From NCBI RefSeq assembly GCF_036365525.1, contig NC_090371.1:95698211-95762210 (forward strand): a DNA stretch of 64,000 nt, written 5' to 3'. Below, piece after piece: positions 38,987 through 51,939 of this stretch. The stretch comes from Heterodontus francisci. Taxonomy: Eukaryota. How positions within the stretch are numbered: position 1 is the stretch's first letter; every line of letters begins with the position of its first letter. A program made the translations under genes and the position numbers. The notes beneath the pieces are model-generated. The model did no database searches, was not told where the DNA came from, and worked only from the letters and a program-made list of their open reading frames with translations.

Positions 38987-39948
38987 CCTTTCCAGTGCAT
39001 CCTGACTATCAATTTTCACCCCATCCATTACCTCTACCATCTCCGCTTCTACCGATATTTTGTCAGCATCCTCTTCCTTAGTAAACATAGATACAAAGCA
39101 CTCATTAAGTATTCTAGCCTTGCCCTGCGCCTCTAAGCATATATCAGTTTATTGATTCCGAATAGGCCCACCCCACCTCTTACTACCCGCTTACTATTTA
39201 CATGCCAGATGATTATTTCCGGGTTCCCTTTTATGTTAACAGCCATTCTATTCTCAAATTCTCTCTTTGACAGTCTTATTTTCTTCTTCACTTTCCTTCT
39301 CAGCTTATTGGACCCCTAAATCTCTCTGGACCTCCATTGTTCCTAGCTTATCATTTAAATACCCAGATCAATCCATTTTTGGTCCAGTATGAGTTCTGAG
39401 TACCTTTTGTTCAGTGCACCAAACTAAACACAGTGGGCCAAAGGAAATCATCTGCAGTTCACATTCTTTGGGCTGGAACCTGGGCATCCAGCTGTAGTCA
39501 ATGACCAAAATAAGACCACAAGTAGAAGTTCAAGCCGATTGCACTAAATTCAGGTCCCATATGTCCAACAAAATTCAGATGACAAACTGCTTTCATAATG
39601 TGATATTGTGATAGGATATTTCCCTATTGAGTTTGATAGCAAAAGATCACAGCAGGCTAAAATGGCTATGAGATGAACATAGAGATAAATTCCAGTCCAA
39701 GGTCAAAGCACTTAAAAGGAGTTCCTGTAATTTTCTGTTAAGTAAACTTAATAATTTAAAGTTGTAAAATGTCTGAGCAGGTTTGAGAAGCAAGTGAGGT
39801 GTTCACCACAGTTTATGTAAGACCTAGTCAAAAAGCTCTCAACGTCCAAGTTTTCAACTGGAAGGAACTGAAGGCAGCCTATGGAGAGCAACTGAAGATC
39901 TTCATTAATAGGCAGATCTGAATTTGCTAGAGCTTGAATGCGTTCGGA

Positions 39949-40097
39949 TTATTGCTTCTTCTCTTCTGCGATATGGTGGCGAGGATAAGGATATAGACTG
40001 GCAATGTTCATTGCAGCACTCCTGTTATGATTCAGCTGCAGATCCTCAAGGTATGCATGTACACGTCCAGTCCATGCTACTGCACAATAATCCGCTA
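39949..40097 (-). CDS. Terminal coding exon of an unidentified host gene: (V)ADYCAVAWTGRVHAYLEDLQLNHNRSAAMNIASLYPYPRHHIAEEKKQ*
   Basis: Strong acceptor cttttatcctccttttctcag; 48 open codons then TAA; phase 1 start fits exon 48102-48145. Confidence 0.72.
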
Positions 40098-40394
40098 CTG
40101 AGAAAAGGAGGATAAAAGTGGCTGCCTACAGAGGAGAAGCATCTGCTCCCCACCTGGCCCAAGTTAATTTATGGATTAAGTTGATTCTAGATTTTATCTT
40201 GGCTGCAGTTTTTAATAAAATATTGATAGTATGCGAGACTACAATCCAGAACCACTCCAGGTTAGTACCCAAGCTCACTACTACAGAAAGAAGCACTCAA
40301 TCGCTTCTTTTTCTGCCAATTATTGAAATGAAATGCAGAAACGAGCAATTTTCTGAGAACTCAGACTAAGCTTATCAGACTTATAATAAGTCTT

Positions 40395-40875
40395 TAAATA
40401 TGTATGAACAAGAGTAAACCATTCAACCTCATGAGAGGGTTCTGCTATTTAATTAGATCATGGTTCATCTGTACCTCAATTCCATTTACCCACCCTTGAT
40501 CCATATTCTTCAACAGATTCAACCAACAAAAATCTACTGATCTCAATCTTGAAATTTCAATTGCTGTTCAACAGGGGCTTAAAAGACTAAAAATTATGAG
40601 GAGGGGTTGCATAAACCTGGCTAGAATTCCTGAGTTTAGAAGGTTGAGGGATGATCTAATTCATATCCACAGACTTTTGGGAAAGAATTGAAGATTTCCA
40701 CTACACTTTGTGAAAGTGCTCCCTGATTTCACTCCTGAATGGCCTAGGTTAATTGTTAAGATTGCACCCCCTTGTTCTGAATTCTCCCCTCTCCCCACCA
40801 CCACCACCAAAGGAAATAGTTTCTCCATGTCTAAAATAATACAGGGATTTGATATGGTAAACACCTCAATTAGAT
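40395..40875 (-). mobile_element. Old CR1 3' end, internally scrambled
   Basis: Alternating minus and plus segments homologous to 24960-25390. Confidence 0.8.
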
Positions 40876-43225
40876 AGTGCTAGTGAGTATAGAAGTAGGA
40901 AAATACACCAGATGAATGCGTGGCTGGAGAGATAGTGCAGGAGGGAGGGCTTCAGATTTCCAGGGTATTCGGACCAGTTCTGGGGAATGTAGAACCTGCA
41001 TAAGCTGGACGGTCTACACCTGAACAGGACTGGAACAAATACCCTTGCAGGAAGCTTTGCTAGTTCTGTTGGGGATAGGTTAAACTAGTTTGGCAGGGGG
41101 GGGGGGGGGGGGGGGGGGGGTGGAAACAGAGAAGCCTGAGGGGAGATCTGATTTAAATGTGCAAAATTTTGAGGGGCCTTGATAGAGTGTAGGTGAAGGG
41201 TCTATTCACCTTAGCAGAGAGGTTCATGATGAGGCAGCATAGATTTGAAGTGATTGGTAGAAAAATTAGAGGGGAGATGAGGAAAAACTTTTTCACCCAA
41301 AGGGTGGTGATGGTCTGGAACTCTCTGCCTGAAAGGCTAGTTGAGGCAGAGACCCTCAACTCATTCAACCGGAGTCTGGATATGCATCTGAAGTGCCGTA
41401 ACCTGCAGGGCTACGGACCAAATGCTGGAAGGTGGGATTAGAATAGGTGGATTGTTTCTCAGTTGGCAAACACGATGGGACAAGTGGCCACTTTCTGTGC
41501 CTTAAACTTTCTATGATTCTATGGGAACACGAAGGCAGTTTCAGATAGGTCAATTTCAAAGCAGGGAACAGGAGGAGAAAATTAGCGAGTGACTCTGAAA
41601 GATAGAAGAAGCAAAGGTGCAGCACAGGAATTGGGTAGTGTTAAAGGGTATTTATTTAAGTGCAAGGAGTATAGTAAATAAAGCCAATGAGCTGAGGGCA
41701 CAGAGACACATGGCAACACGATATCATTGCTATAAAGGAAACTTGGCTTAAAGAGGGGCAAGAATGGTAGCTCAACATCCCAGGATATAGAGTTTTCAGG
41801 TGGGATAGAGAGGGAGATAAACAAGGAGGGGGTGTAGCATTATTGGTTAAGGAGGGACGGACGATATGCTAAATGAATCATCAAATGAGGCCATATGGGT
41901 GCAGCTCAGAAATAAAGGGGCAGCCACACTACTAGGCGTGTACTATAGACACCAAATAGTGAGAGGGAGGTAGAACAACAAATATGTAGGCAGATTTGAG
42001 TGCAAAAACTATAAGACATTAATAGTTGGGGATTTCAACTACCCTAATATCAACTGGAATACAAACAGTGTGAAGGGCCCAGAGGGCACAAAATTCTTGA
42101 ACTACATTCAAGAGAACTTTTTTAGCCAGCATGTAACAAGTCCAACAAGAGGGGCGCAATTCTAGATTTAGTCTTCAGTAATGAAGTTGGGCAAGTGGAT
42201 GAACTAACAGTGGGTGACCATTTTGCAGATAGTGATCATAATAGTTAGTTTTAGCATATTCATGGAAAAAGTCAAAGATAAAACAGGAGTAAAAGTTCTA
42301 AATTGGGGGAAGGCAAATTTTACGAAACTGAGAGGTGAACTGGCAAAAGTGGACGGGATACAGCTACTTGAAGGAAAATCAGTAGCAGACCAGTGGGAGG
42401 TATTCAAAAGCAAGATGCTACAGACACAGTGTAGGCATATCCCTACAAAGATAAAGGGTGGCACTGCCAAATCTAGAGGCCCCTGGTTATCTGGATGCTT
42501 ACAGGGTAAGTTGAAGCAGAAAAAGAAAGCTCATGACGATTACAAAAATGTTAATACTTTAGAAAGTGGTCTACATGGATTTTACTAAGGTATTTGACAA
42601 AGTCCCGCATGGCAAACTGGTCAGTAAAATGAAAGCCCATGGGATACAGGGGAATGTGACAGGTTGGATCCAAAATTTGCTCAATGACAGGAAACAAAGG
42701 CCAGTAGTCGCAGATATTTTTGTGAATGGAAAACTGTTTCCAGTGGCGTTCCACAGGGCTCAGTGTTGGGTCCCTTGCTGTTTGTGGTATATATTAATGA
42801 TTTGGACTTAAATGTGAGAGGCAGGATTGGGAAATTTGCTGATGATGCATAAATTGGCTATGTAGTTGATAGTGAAGAGAATAGTGCAGACTCCAGAATG
42901 ATAATGTTTCTATGAGAACATAAGGTTACGTTTCTATGTTTCTATATCAATGGTCTGGTTGCGTGGGCGGAAAAGTGGCAAATGGAATTCAATCCAGAGA
43001 AGTGTGAGGTAACGCATTTGGGGAGGGCAAACAAAGCAAGGGAATACACAATAAATGGAAGGATACTGAGAGAGGTAGAGGAAGAGAGAAACTTTGGACA
43101 GCATGTCCACAGGTTGCTGAAAGTGGCAGGACAGGTAGATAGAGTGGTGAAGAAGGCATATGGAATGCTTTCCTTTATTGGCCAAGAAATAGATTACAAA
43201 AGCAGGGATGTAATGCTGGAGATGT
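40876..43225 (+). mobile_element. CR1 from ORF1 esterase to RT, with a ~700-bp internal deletion at ~42565 and missing 3' end
   Basis: LDGLHLNRTGTN...GDRLN* (stop 41086-41088), endonuclease motifs, and a jump tactttagaaa|gtggtctacatgg. Confidence 0.92.
41130..41522 (+). mobile_element. CR1 3' end nested at the ORF1/ORF2 junction of another CR1
   Basis: FFTQRVVMVWNSLP; tail ttctatgattctat. Confidence 0.9.
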
Positions 43226-43329
43226 TGAAAGCAGCCTTGTACACTGGTGTAAAGGAGGAGTTTGGCAGGCTGGATTAAAGAAGCCAGTGAGCCAAATTTG
43301 GCCAATGGTCCTGTAGGAAATCACTGCTG

Positions 43330-43470
43330 TAGTGCTATGTAATGACCCAACATAAGGAAGCAATGAGATGCCATGAACCTTGATGACCATTGATGCAGCA
43401 GTCCCTGTCCTGAAAATGGTTTCTAGGTCTGGCTGCAGGAGACTGCAAATTTCTATCACAGCCTTATCAC
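43330..43470 (-). mobile_element. Possible PIF/Harbinger transposase relic
   Basis: AVIEICSLLQPDLETIFRTGTAASMVIKV resembles the N-terminal region of Harbinger/HARBI1-type transposases; recognised by eye only. Confidence 0.45.
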
Positions 43471-43744
43471 AGAATCATAGCCTCTGCATGCCTCACATAC
43501 ACATATAGCAACACAAGGGCGGAAAAAGCAAATAAGCAGTCAGGTTACATCGGCACCATCCAGCTAAATGGCACAATTAACAAGCTGAACTGCCTTTAAG
43601 AAAACGAGAGTCTAACATGGCTGATAAGACTGACTGCAAAACTGCCAGCTTACACGAATGCCGAGTGGCTGCAATGTTGTTCAAATGCTACAACTGTATT
43701 AGGAGGCCAATCAGATCATTACACCATTTTGGGGACTTAATGAC

Positions 43745-43906
43745 TCTCCGTCTTTAAGACCCTCCTTTAAACTTAACTGTTTCACCAAGTTTTTGGTCAC
43801 CTGTCCTAACATCTCACGTGGCTCAGTGACATATTTTGTTTGATAATACTCCAGTCAAGTGCCTTGGGATGTTAAAAAGGCCTAACATCAAGACAAGTTG
43901 TTATTG
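43745..43906 (+). mobile_element. L2 3' tail
   Basis: tttaagaccctccttt...aagtgccttgggatgtt...aaaggc...aagttgttattg. Confidence 0.7.
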
Positions 43907-43911
43907 GAGTA

Positions 43912-44654
43912 CAGGGTTGGCCAACCTTTTTGCATGGGGGGGGGGGGGGGGCACATTATAATTTATGTCTTACATAGAGGGCCGGTGAGACAATTTCAGA
44001 AAGATAAGGGCATTAAAAATTTATCTTGCTATCAAAACAACAAATGTGCATTTTTTGACCTACTTTCTCATCACTATGTTGGACACTGATTTAGTGAAAT
44101 ACCTGGCATTTTTTTGCTTGCACAAGTAGTCAATGTTTGCCCGCACACTTCTTGTAGTGATGTGGAGTATTACAGATAGGTGTCCATCTGTCAGGAGTGA
44201 TCTTGATCACTCTCTGTCTCTCCCTTGCTCTCTGTTTCTCCCCCCCCCCCACTCTCTCTCTCACTGTTCCCCCATCCTCTCTCTCGCTGTTACAACCCCA
44301 CCCCCCAGCCCCCCGACAGTTGCAGGGAACGAAAGCACTGTGGTGGGTCAGTTTTTCTAAAAGAAAAAAAATCGCACTGTCAGTTTCCCAACTTCAGACA
44401 TATTCCGGGTTTTCCAGCTGGCTTTTAAAATATGTCAGAACCTGACGGAAAACCCTGAATCTGTCCGAAGTTGCGAAACTGCTGTTCCCGATGTCAGCAC
44501 CTGTCAGCTGTGAAACTGACAGCACGATTTTTTAAAAAGCTCATCTGAAAGATGACAATGGAAAATTTCTCATCTCTGAAATACATCCGCAGACCAAATG
44601 GAAACCTTTAGCGGGCCAGATCCTGGCCCATGGGCCGTATGCTGGATGACCCTG
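43912..44654. mobile_element. hAT (Charlie-like) non-autonomous element
   Basis: TIRs cagggttggccaac / gctggatgaccctg; left ~100 bp matches 58765-58865; TSD eroded. Confidence 0.8.
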
Positions 44655-44714
44655 TTGCACCTGATGCACAGGCATTGGGTCACACACTTTCCAGTAGATT
44701 ACGCATAGGGGTAT

Positions 44715-45119
44715 GGAAGCACAGTAAAGTTACTGGACTAGTAATCCAGAGGCCTGGACTAATGATCCAGAATCAGGAGTTCAAATATCAACTTAGTAGA
44801 TGGGGAATTGAAATTCAATTAATTAAATAAATCTGATATTAAAAGCTAGTATCAGCAATGGTGACCATGAAACTACTGGATTGTTGTAAAAACTTTTGAT
44901 TCACTATTAGGGAAGGAATCTGCCATCTTTATCTGGTCTGGCCTATATGTGAGTCCAGACACACGCAATGTGGTTGACTCTTAACTGCCCACTGAAATAA
45001 CCTAGCAAGCCACTCAGTTGTATTCAAGTGGCAAACCATCATCACCTTCTCAAATGCAATTCAGAATGGGCAATAATTGTTGGCCTTGCCAGCGATGCCC
45101 ACATGAATGAATAAAAAAA
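44715..45119 (+). mobile_element. SINE-B
   Basis: Same body as 20243-20655, with a longer LINE-B tail (catcaccttctcaa...) and an A-rich end. Confidence 0.9.
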
Positions 45120-47559
45120 CAGGCCTGGGCAGCTGCTAATGATGAGCATCAGTGCTACAGAGGTATAAGATTCTAGGACCAGTAATGTTAAGATTTTAAA
45201 AGTCTTCACTTTGTTGTTCCACCATAACTAAAACAAACGAGTAACCCACTCTTCCAAATTTTATTTTTGCTGATTAAAAAGACGAGAGCCAAGACCATCC
45301 CTAACTCCAGTTCCGAAGAATTCACGTTTAAAAAATGGACAAAAAGAAATCAAATACTTGACAATTTCTTTAAAATCTATTTTATAAACATACATACACA
45401 TATTTTAGAAATATTCACCAAGACATGTCTATACAGTCAAAAGACTTTCAGTGATACAGACTTCTAATAAAGAATAGTTTTTGTTCCCCAGTAACCCATT
45501 TCAGGTTATATTCCAATATCACAAATGTAATCATTCAGTGGAGCTATCAAGTATTAACTGAATCAGCAGCCCGGTCAATATTCACCTTTGCTACTTGCAA
45601 CTCACACGTCATTCCACATAACAAGCACAAGTTAAATTGATTACGCTATTGGTGCATGCATCTGGATAAAAAAAAACAATGGATGGATTTGCTGCAATAA
45701 AGTATGTGCAGCTACCCGCTTAAATCCAGTTGAGTAATAGCAGTTTAAAAAAAGAAACTTGTAACTCAGACGCTTGCACCTGCTCATTTTAATAGTGCTA
45801 TGTTGATTATAGGCTTGAGCAATAGAATATTAAAATATCCTTTACAATTTAAAAGTAATATACATCATTTGATCCCTACAGTATATGCTAAAATGTCAAT
45901 GTCAATGAAGACCACTGGCCTTCATTCAAGTAGAGCTCAACATTATTGCTGAAGCTTTGAAATGGTCAAACTAATCATGCATGGAAGATTGCATGATCTA
46001 ATCATCTTTCCATTTCAGTTCATTTTTAAAATGGATTAAACAACCCACATAACATGTGCTTGGATTGAATGTGAATGTTAATAAAAATTTGCATCTATCC
46101 AGCATTGGAAAACTGCAACAGACTTGCAGTCACAAGGTTTGATGCACGAGCTTAAGACATCTTAGTTTGAGCATTGAGGATATTTTTTAAATGCCATTTC
46201 TGTATCCATATGTACATTCCACTCATACTTTGTGTTACCTAATTATTGAAGTCAAATCCATATTGAATGCATTGAGCTTACACAGTCTTAATAAAAACAG
46301 TAATAAATACCTGAGACTTGAGTATTGAGCACCCTTTTACAAGTACCTGCTAAAACTAGTGGACACAGTCCAAATGTCATTGGCTGAGTAACCACAACAG
46401 GATATATCAAAATGAGATTTAATGCATTGTTTACTGAGCCAATCTTAGCTTTCATAAAGACAGGCTTACTGTTGTGAAGTAGAAAATATTCAGTACAGCC
46501 TTTTTTCATTGTAGCTAACATGAAAAAAAAGTAAACAACTTAATTCAGCCCAGCTACCATCTCTCAATATTGTATTTACTCCATTAAAATGTGCTCCCCC
46601 ACACACGCACCTATACACAGTGATGAACACACTACCATACCAGCCTGTGCATAACTGGTTCAATTAACATTTGATTTCAGTTACAGATTCATATGAAAGA
46701 TCCCTCAAAACATCAGCGGTAAAATTTCGTGGAATTCCTTGATCATCCGCCATAACTTTAGTGAAAGATCGGCAAACCCTGAGAATCGAACATTTACGCC
46801 ATTTCTCCAAAGGTGTCTGCAAAAGTTACAGCAAATGATTGGGAGATGAAAGGAACAACTGACAGAAATCCCTATTGGTATCTTTATAATAAATAGAAAT
46901 TGAATTATCTTATTCTGTAATTCTAATAGGTCACTGCTCCCTCAAGCTGTAATTGTCATATTTGTCAGAGAAAGCAAGAGAAATACATTGATATAGAACC
47001 TTTGGGACTGTTACATAAATAACCATCTTTACAACAAGGTGGGCATTGCTGAGAGTGGCAAGGACAAATTACTACAGCTAATTCCAGCACAGTGTAATAA
47101 ATATTACTAAAATCATCAAGAATTAATTCTACCTTTAAAAAGGCCAAAATATTAGCATAACTACTGTAAAAGGCATCAATTATCACTTAAAGGTAACAAG
47201 TCATTATGAATTTAAGTTACATTTCAGAATGTACATGGACTCCCATGATATTTTTCAGTTACAACTGTAAATATGCAATATGGGATACAATATGTATTAG
47301 TGCCACATTAAATCAATTATAGCAATCTATAACCATGGTCAAACTATTAAAGTTACTTTTGTGATTTTTCACTGTAATTATAAAAAGGTACTCAAAAATA
47401 TGCTGCAAGAGACAATTAAATGTTACAAGGGTCCTCTGATACAATGTACAATTTGGCCTTCTGATTTTTGGGTTTTAGTCATCAGAGTTTGGGTTAAAAA
47501 AAAGACAAAATCAACTATAAGCAAATACAAGCTCTCTTCTGTCAAGAAGTAAAAAAAAG

Positions 47560-48065
47560 CATAATCACAGAATTGTTACAGCACAGAAGGTGGCCATTCG
47601 GCCCATCGCATCCACACTGGCTCTCTGAAAGAGCAATTCCTTCAGTTCCATTCCCCTACCTTCTCCCCATAACCCTGCACATTCTTCCTTTTCATATAAC
47701 TGCCTAATTCCTTTTGAATGCTTCAATTGAACCTACCTCCACCACACTCTCAGGCGGTGCATTACAGACCTTAAACACTCACTGCGTGAAAAAGTTTTTC
47801 CCTCATGTCACCTTTGCTTCTCTTACAAAATACTTTAAATCTGTGCCCTCTCGTTCTTGATTGTTTCACGAGTGGGAACAGTTTCTCTCCATCTACTCTG
47901 TCCAGACCCCTCACGATTTTGAATACCTCTATCAAATCTCCCGTCAGCCTTCTCTTCTCCAAGGAAAGCAGTCCTAACTTCGCCAATCTATCTTCGTAAC
48001 TGAAATTCCTCATCCCTGGAACCATTCTCGTGAATCTCTTCTGTGCTCTCTCCAATGCTCTCATG
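47560..48065 (-). mobile_element. CR1 3' end
   Basis: ALERAQKRFTRMVPG...RLTGDLIEVFK in ORF 47771-48064. Confidence 0.93.
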
Positions 48066-48101
48066 TCTTAATAGTAAAACGGAGCTAACGTACTTCATTA
48101 C

Positions 48102-48145
48102 CTGTATCCTTGCATTCCATCCCCAATGGAACCTTGTTCAACCCT
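48102..48145 (-). CDS. Internal coding exon (44 nt, phase 2->1): (K)GLNKVPLGMECKDT
   Basis: Acceptor ttattgttttgtgtacag, donor cag|gtaatg; phases fit both neighbours. Confidence 0.68.
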
Positions 48146-48952
48146 CTGTACACAAAACAATAACCGGAATACACATTCTACACCTACTGCTGTCATTATG
48201 GTGAGGAGGTGAAATATGTCAATCAAAATGATTGTGTACATCATAACAAAAAACGTAATATGCTGATATGGGGATTTCCGTTTTCCTAAGCTTTAACCCT
48301 AATTTTAGAATAAAGCCATTAAAGAGGATGGGTAAGTAATGGGCTCAACCCTAAAATTGAAAGACCTAGGTTATATATAATGCAAATCAAAAATAACGAA
48401 GACGCAGATGCTGTTTGAGCAAGAGCTCATGAGCATGGTATGATGGAAAAATTGAAAGAACTGCAGAATTGATAAAATACCAGCACTATTCCTGGAACTC
48501 CATTAAGCAAAAATTATTCAAATATATACCTGCAGTCCTGCTCATGCCTCAAGTGGTATATAATTCACATCCCATGTTTATAATACACTATTCATATCAA
48601 TAACAAATCAGAAAACTGAGTACAGACCGTATGTCATGTGTCAGGTCCAAGGGCACAGCTCATCAGTGCAACTGTGACAGATTTCTAAAGACAATTACAT
48701 TCTGAATTTTCGAATTGCTTTCATATTGCATAAATGAAGGAGATCAATAGAGAAAAATGGCTTTTTGAAACAGGCAGCTGTAAGGACAGTTAGGCTTGTT
48801 GAAGGGAACACTGAGAACCTTCGTTGAGGAAGACATCTTCAGTTAAATAAGATGATCCACTGATGTGGGGAAGTGTGGTGTGGTCTTCATTTGGTATAAT
48901 TTCCTGCAGACAAGTTGTGCTATGAAGAGAGAGAGTCCAGTCACAGACTCAC

Positions 48953-48982
48953 TTCATATAACTATTCTGTATATCCACCCCA
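48953..48982 (-). CDS. Internal coding micro-exon (30 nt, phase 2->2): GVDIQNSYM
   Basis: Acceptor tgttttattttacag, donor gaa|gtgagt; in phase with 48102-48145. Confidence 0.62.
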
Positions 48983-49609
48983 CTGTAAAATAAAACAGCT
49001 TGTTTCATATCTGTCCTCTTCTCATCCAGTACCAGTTTACAATCTGCTTTTGGAGAGACTGAAAAAGCATTTTTGCAAAAGATACAAATATCCAATTGAG
49101 TTTAGATCATAAAAGAGGTGACTACTGTTACACCCCTATGTTACATTACTGTTTGATTAGATAGTGTGAATCAACTCCCATAAAAGCGAGGTACAGATGA
49201 CTTGTGGCAGCAATTAGCATCACTAAACCAGAGAAGATTTCTATCGCAGTCCTCAATTTGTAACATCCAGTTTCTCTGTACTATGCACGTAAATCCTGGT
49301 GAATGACGATAGCAAGGGACACTCAAGAATAATTTGAGGGCTGCAGATAATACTACATACCATGAAAAGCAAAGTTTATGCAATTTATAATCTTAATCCT
49401 GAAAAAGAGATCATTCTGATCCAATGAAACATAGTAAGCACTTAAAAGGTTAAAACTTAATGCAAGGAAGCACAAACAATTATATTTAATTGCATAAAGT
49501 GGGGTTTACTTTCTAAATGCACTTTAGAAAGGAAAACATTTCTGCAATACCCATAATCTACCACACGATGATGCCATAGATCACAAATCTTAATAAAAGC
49601 CTCTGTAAG

Positions 49610-51600
49610 GGTACAGAAATGTTGGAGTTCAGAAATAAAAACAAAATTGTGCAATTGCACAGTTGATCTTTTAAGATCTGTGATGAGAAAAGATAGATTA
49701 ACATTTTGGCCATAGACCCTTCTCTTCTGATTACACTGTTACAATGCTTAGACCTTTAATGTTTTGGGCAGCAGGTCACTGGTTCATCTGGCCTATCCTT
49801 CCAAACCACCTGTGATTTCCTTAATGGGACTGTGAAACTATTGTCCACATCTCCTTTCCAACTAGAAATTTATCCAATCCTTATTATTTGAAAATGAAAA
49901 TAATACAGCATCCTTGGATGGAAATCTTTACAGCCTACAACGTTATCTCCGATGTCGGAAACCTTTTTAGAGTGCTTTCCTTTGTGATACTTAAAAGGGA
50001 GAAAGTACACTTGAATCATTAAGTATCAGCTTGCCTCATTTCTCTCACCTTGAAGTCAGAAGATTGAGAGTTCACGTCCTACTCCAGGACTTGAGCACAA
50101 AATCTAGGCTGGCACTTCAAGGAAGTATAGAGCATGGTTAGAGGTGACTGCTCAGGTGGAGAGAGAAAAATAAAGACAGAATTAAATTGGCTCTTCCTTT
50201 TGCAAATGCTGACAGACCAACTGTATTTGCAGCATCTCCCAAAAGAAAATTTTCAAAACTCATTGGAATGGACTCCCAAGCATCACAAGGGAAGGCAGAT
50301 ACAACAAGCAGTTGAAGAGGCAAATGGTGTGTTAGCCTTTATTGCAAGCGGGTTGCATTATAAGAGTAAAGAAGTTTTGTTGCTCTCATATGGAGCTTTG
50401 CCGAAACCGCACCTGAAGCACTGTATGCAGTTTTGGTCTCCTTACCCAAGGAAGGTCTCCTTACCTTAGAAGGGGTGCAACAAAGGTTCACTAGATTGGT
50501 GTGTTCTGATGCAAGGTAATTGACTTGAAACATGAACTCAGTTTCTCTTTCCACAGATGCTGCCAGACAAGAATGTTTGCAGCATTTCCTGTTTTAATTT
50601 CTACATGGGAGTCAAGGGTTATGGGGGGGGGGGGGTGCAGGGGGACGGTAGGAAAGTGGAGTTAAGGCCACAATTCGATGAAGTATGATCTTATTGAATG
50701 GCGGAGAAGGCTCGAGGGGGCCGAATGTCCTACACCTGCTCCTATTTCTTATGTTCAGATTTTCAGCATCTGCAGTATTTTGTTTTTTCTTTCATTCGAA
50801 TGATGCCCGAGATGCGAGGTTGAGTAGAATGGCCCTATATTCTCTGGACTTTAGAAGAATGAGAGGTGATCTTATTGAAACACATAAAATTCTGAAAGGG
50901 CTTGGCAAGGTAGATGTTGAGAAGTTTTATCCCCTGGCTGGAAAGTCCTGAACTAGGGGTCATCGTTTCAGGTTAAGGGTTCAATAATTTACTACTGAGA
51001 TGAGGAAAAACTTCTTCACTCAAGTGGGTTGGAAATCTTCAGAACTTCCCACCCCATGATTTTACTGAATGGCAATGCTGGCACAATGGACAGTATGGCC
51101 TACTGCTGCTCCTACTTAGGTTATTGTAGAAAGATTTAGAAAGTTGAAAATAAACCAATCTGCAGGCTCCAATTACTTGATTCCAAAAATGCTGATCGAA
51201 TTACTAGATTGCAAATCTCCTCTTACATTTCAAACTTCATTGGGGTAGAATAATGTTCCAGTAGATGAAAAAGTGGTAAATATGTCACACGTGCTTTTTT
51301 TTTTAAAAAAGAGGCATGGGATGAACCCTCAATTACAGATTTGCAATCCTTATCTTGATTTACGGGGAGTGTGTTTGATCAGACATAGCAGAAGGGATTA
51401 TCTGGAATAAAAATGAGCCAATATGGGTTTGAAAGAGACAGGGCGTGTCAAGCTACTTTAGATTTTCTCTGCAGAAGTTACAGATATGGTGGATGAGGAT
51501 GATGCAGTGGATGCTATCTACCTGGAATTAAGGAAAACACTTGACACTATCCCACATTAGACCGATTTCAGCAAAATCCTTAGGATTTTGGTAGGCGAGT
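49610..51600. mobile_element. Mosaic of old fragments: Penelope repeats (~49610-49730, 50500-50600, 50750-50790), DeuSINE head (~50020-50160), CR1 pieces (50290-51120, 51200-51600)
   Basis: Each piece matches a better-preserved copy elsewhere in the window. Confidence 0.75.
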
Positions 51601-51939
51601 TTACAAATTAGAAATAAAAATAGTTTCCATGTTCTGACTGTAAAATTAAGTGAAGGTGAACAAAAGCATCTTTGACACTGACCAAGAGGTGCATGAAGAG
51701 TGAAATGAGCAAGACTCTCAGTTCAATGTTCTTTTTCCCCTACTGACAGGTGCATGGCTTCCAAGTGACAGGGGCTTGCACAGAGCAGATTGAGATAGAG
51801 ATCTCAAACCATAGAAATAATTAAACCCACCCACCCATTCCATGCTGTCCACGTTGGTATAGAAACTCAGCTGCGTCTGAAAAAAGGGCAGTATGATGGG
51901 AGGCACTCTATCATTAGAAAAAAAGCTAAATCGCAGGAC

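Larger units (their letters stand above)
35905..39330 (-). mobile_element. CR1 LINE carrying four later insertions (CR1 tail 36055-36197, LTR, DeuSINE, SINE-B)
   Basis: CR1 sequence resumes collinearly after each insert; FTKEEDADK fragment at ~39080. Confidence 0.88.

Noticed and set aside
42550-42570. Deletion breakpoint coinciding with the 5' end of the CR1 at 56722
   Set aside because: The 56722 copy extends far past the deleted interval; no evidence beyond coincidence.
46715-46870. Imperfect inverted repeat as structured ncRNA
   Set aside because: Arms are degenerate; more likely an old palindromic MITE remnant.
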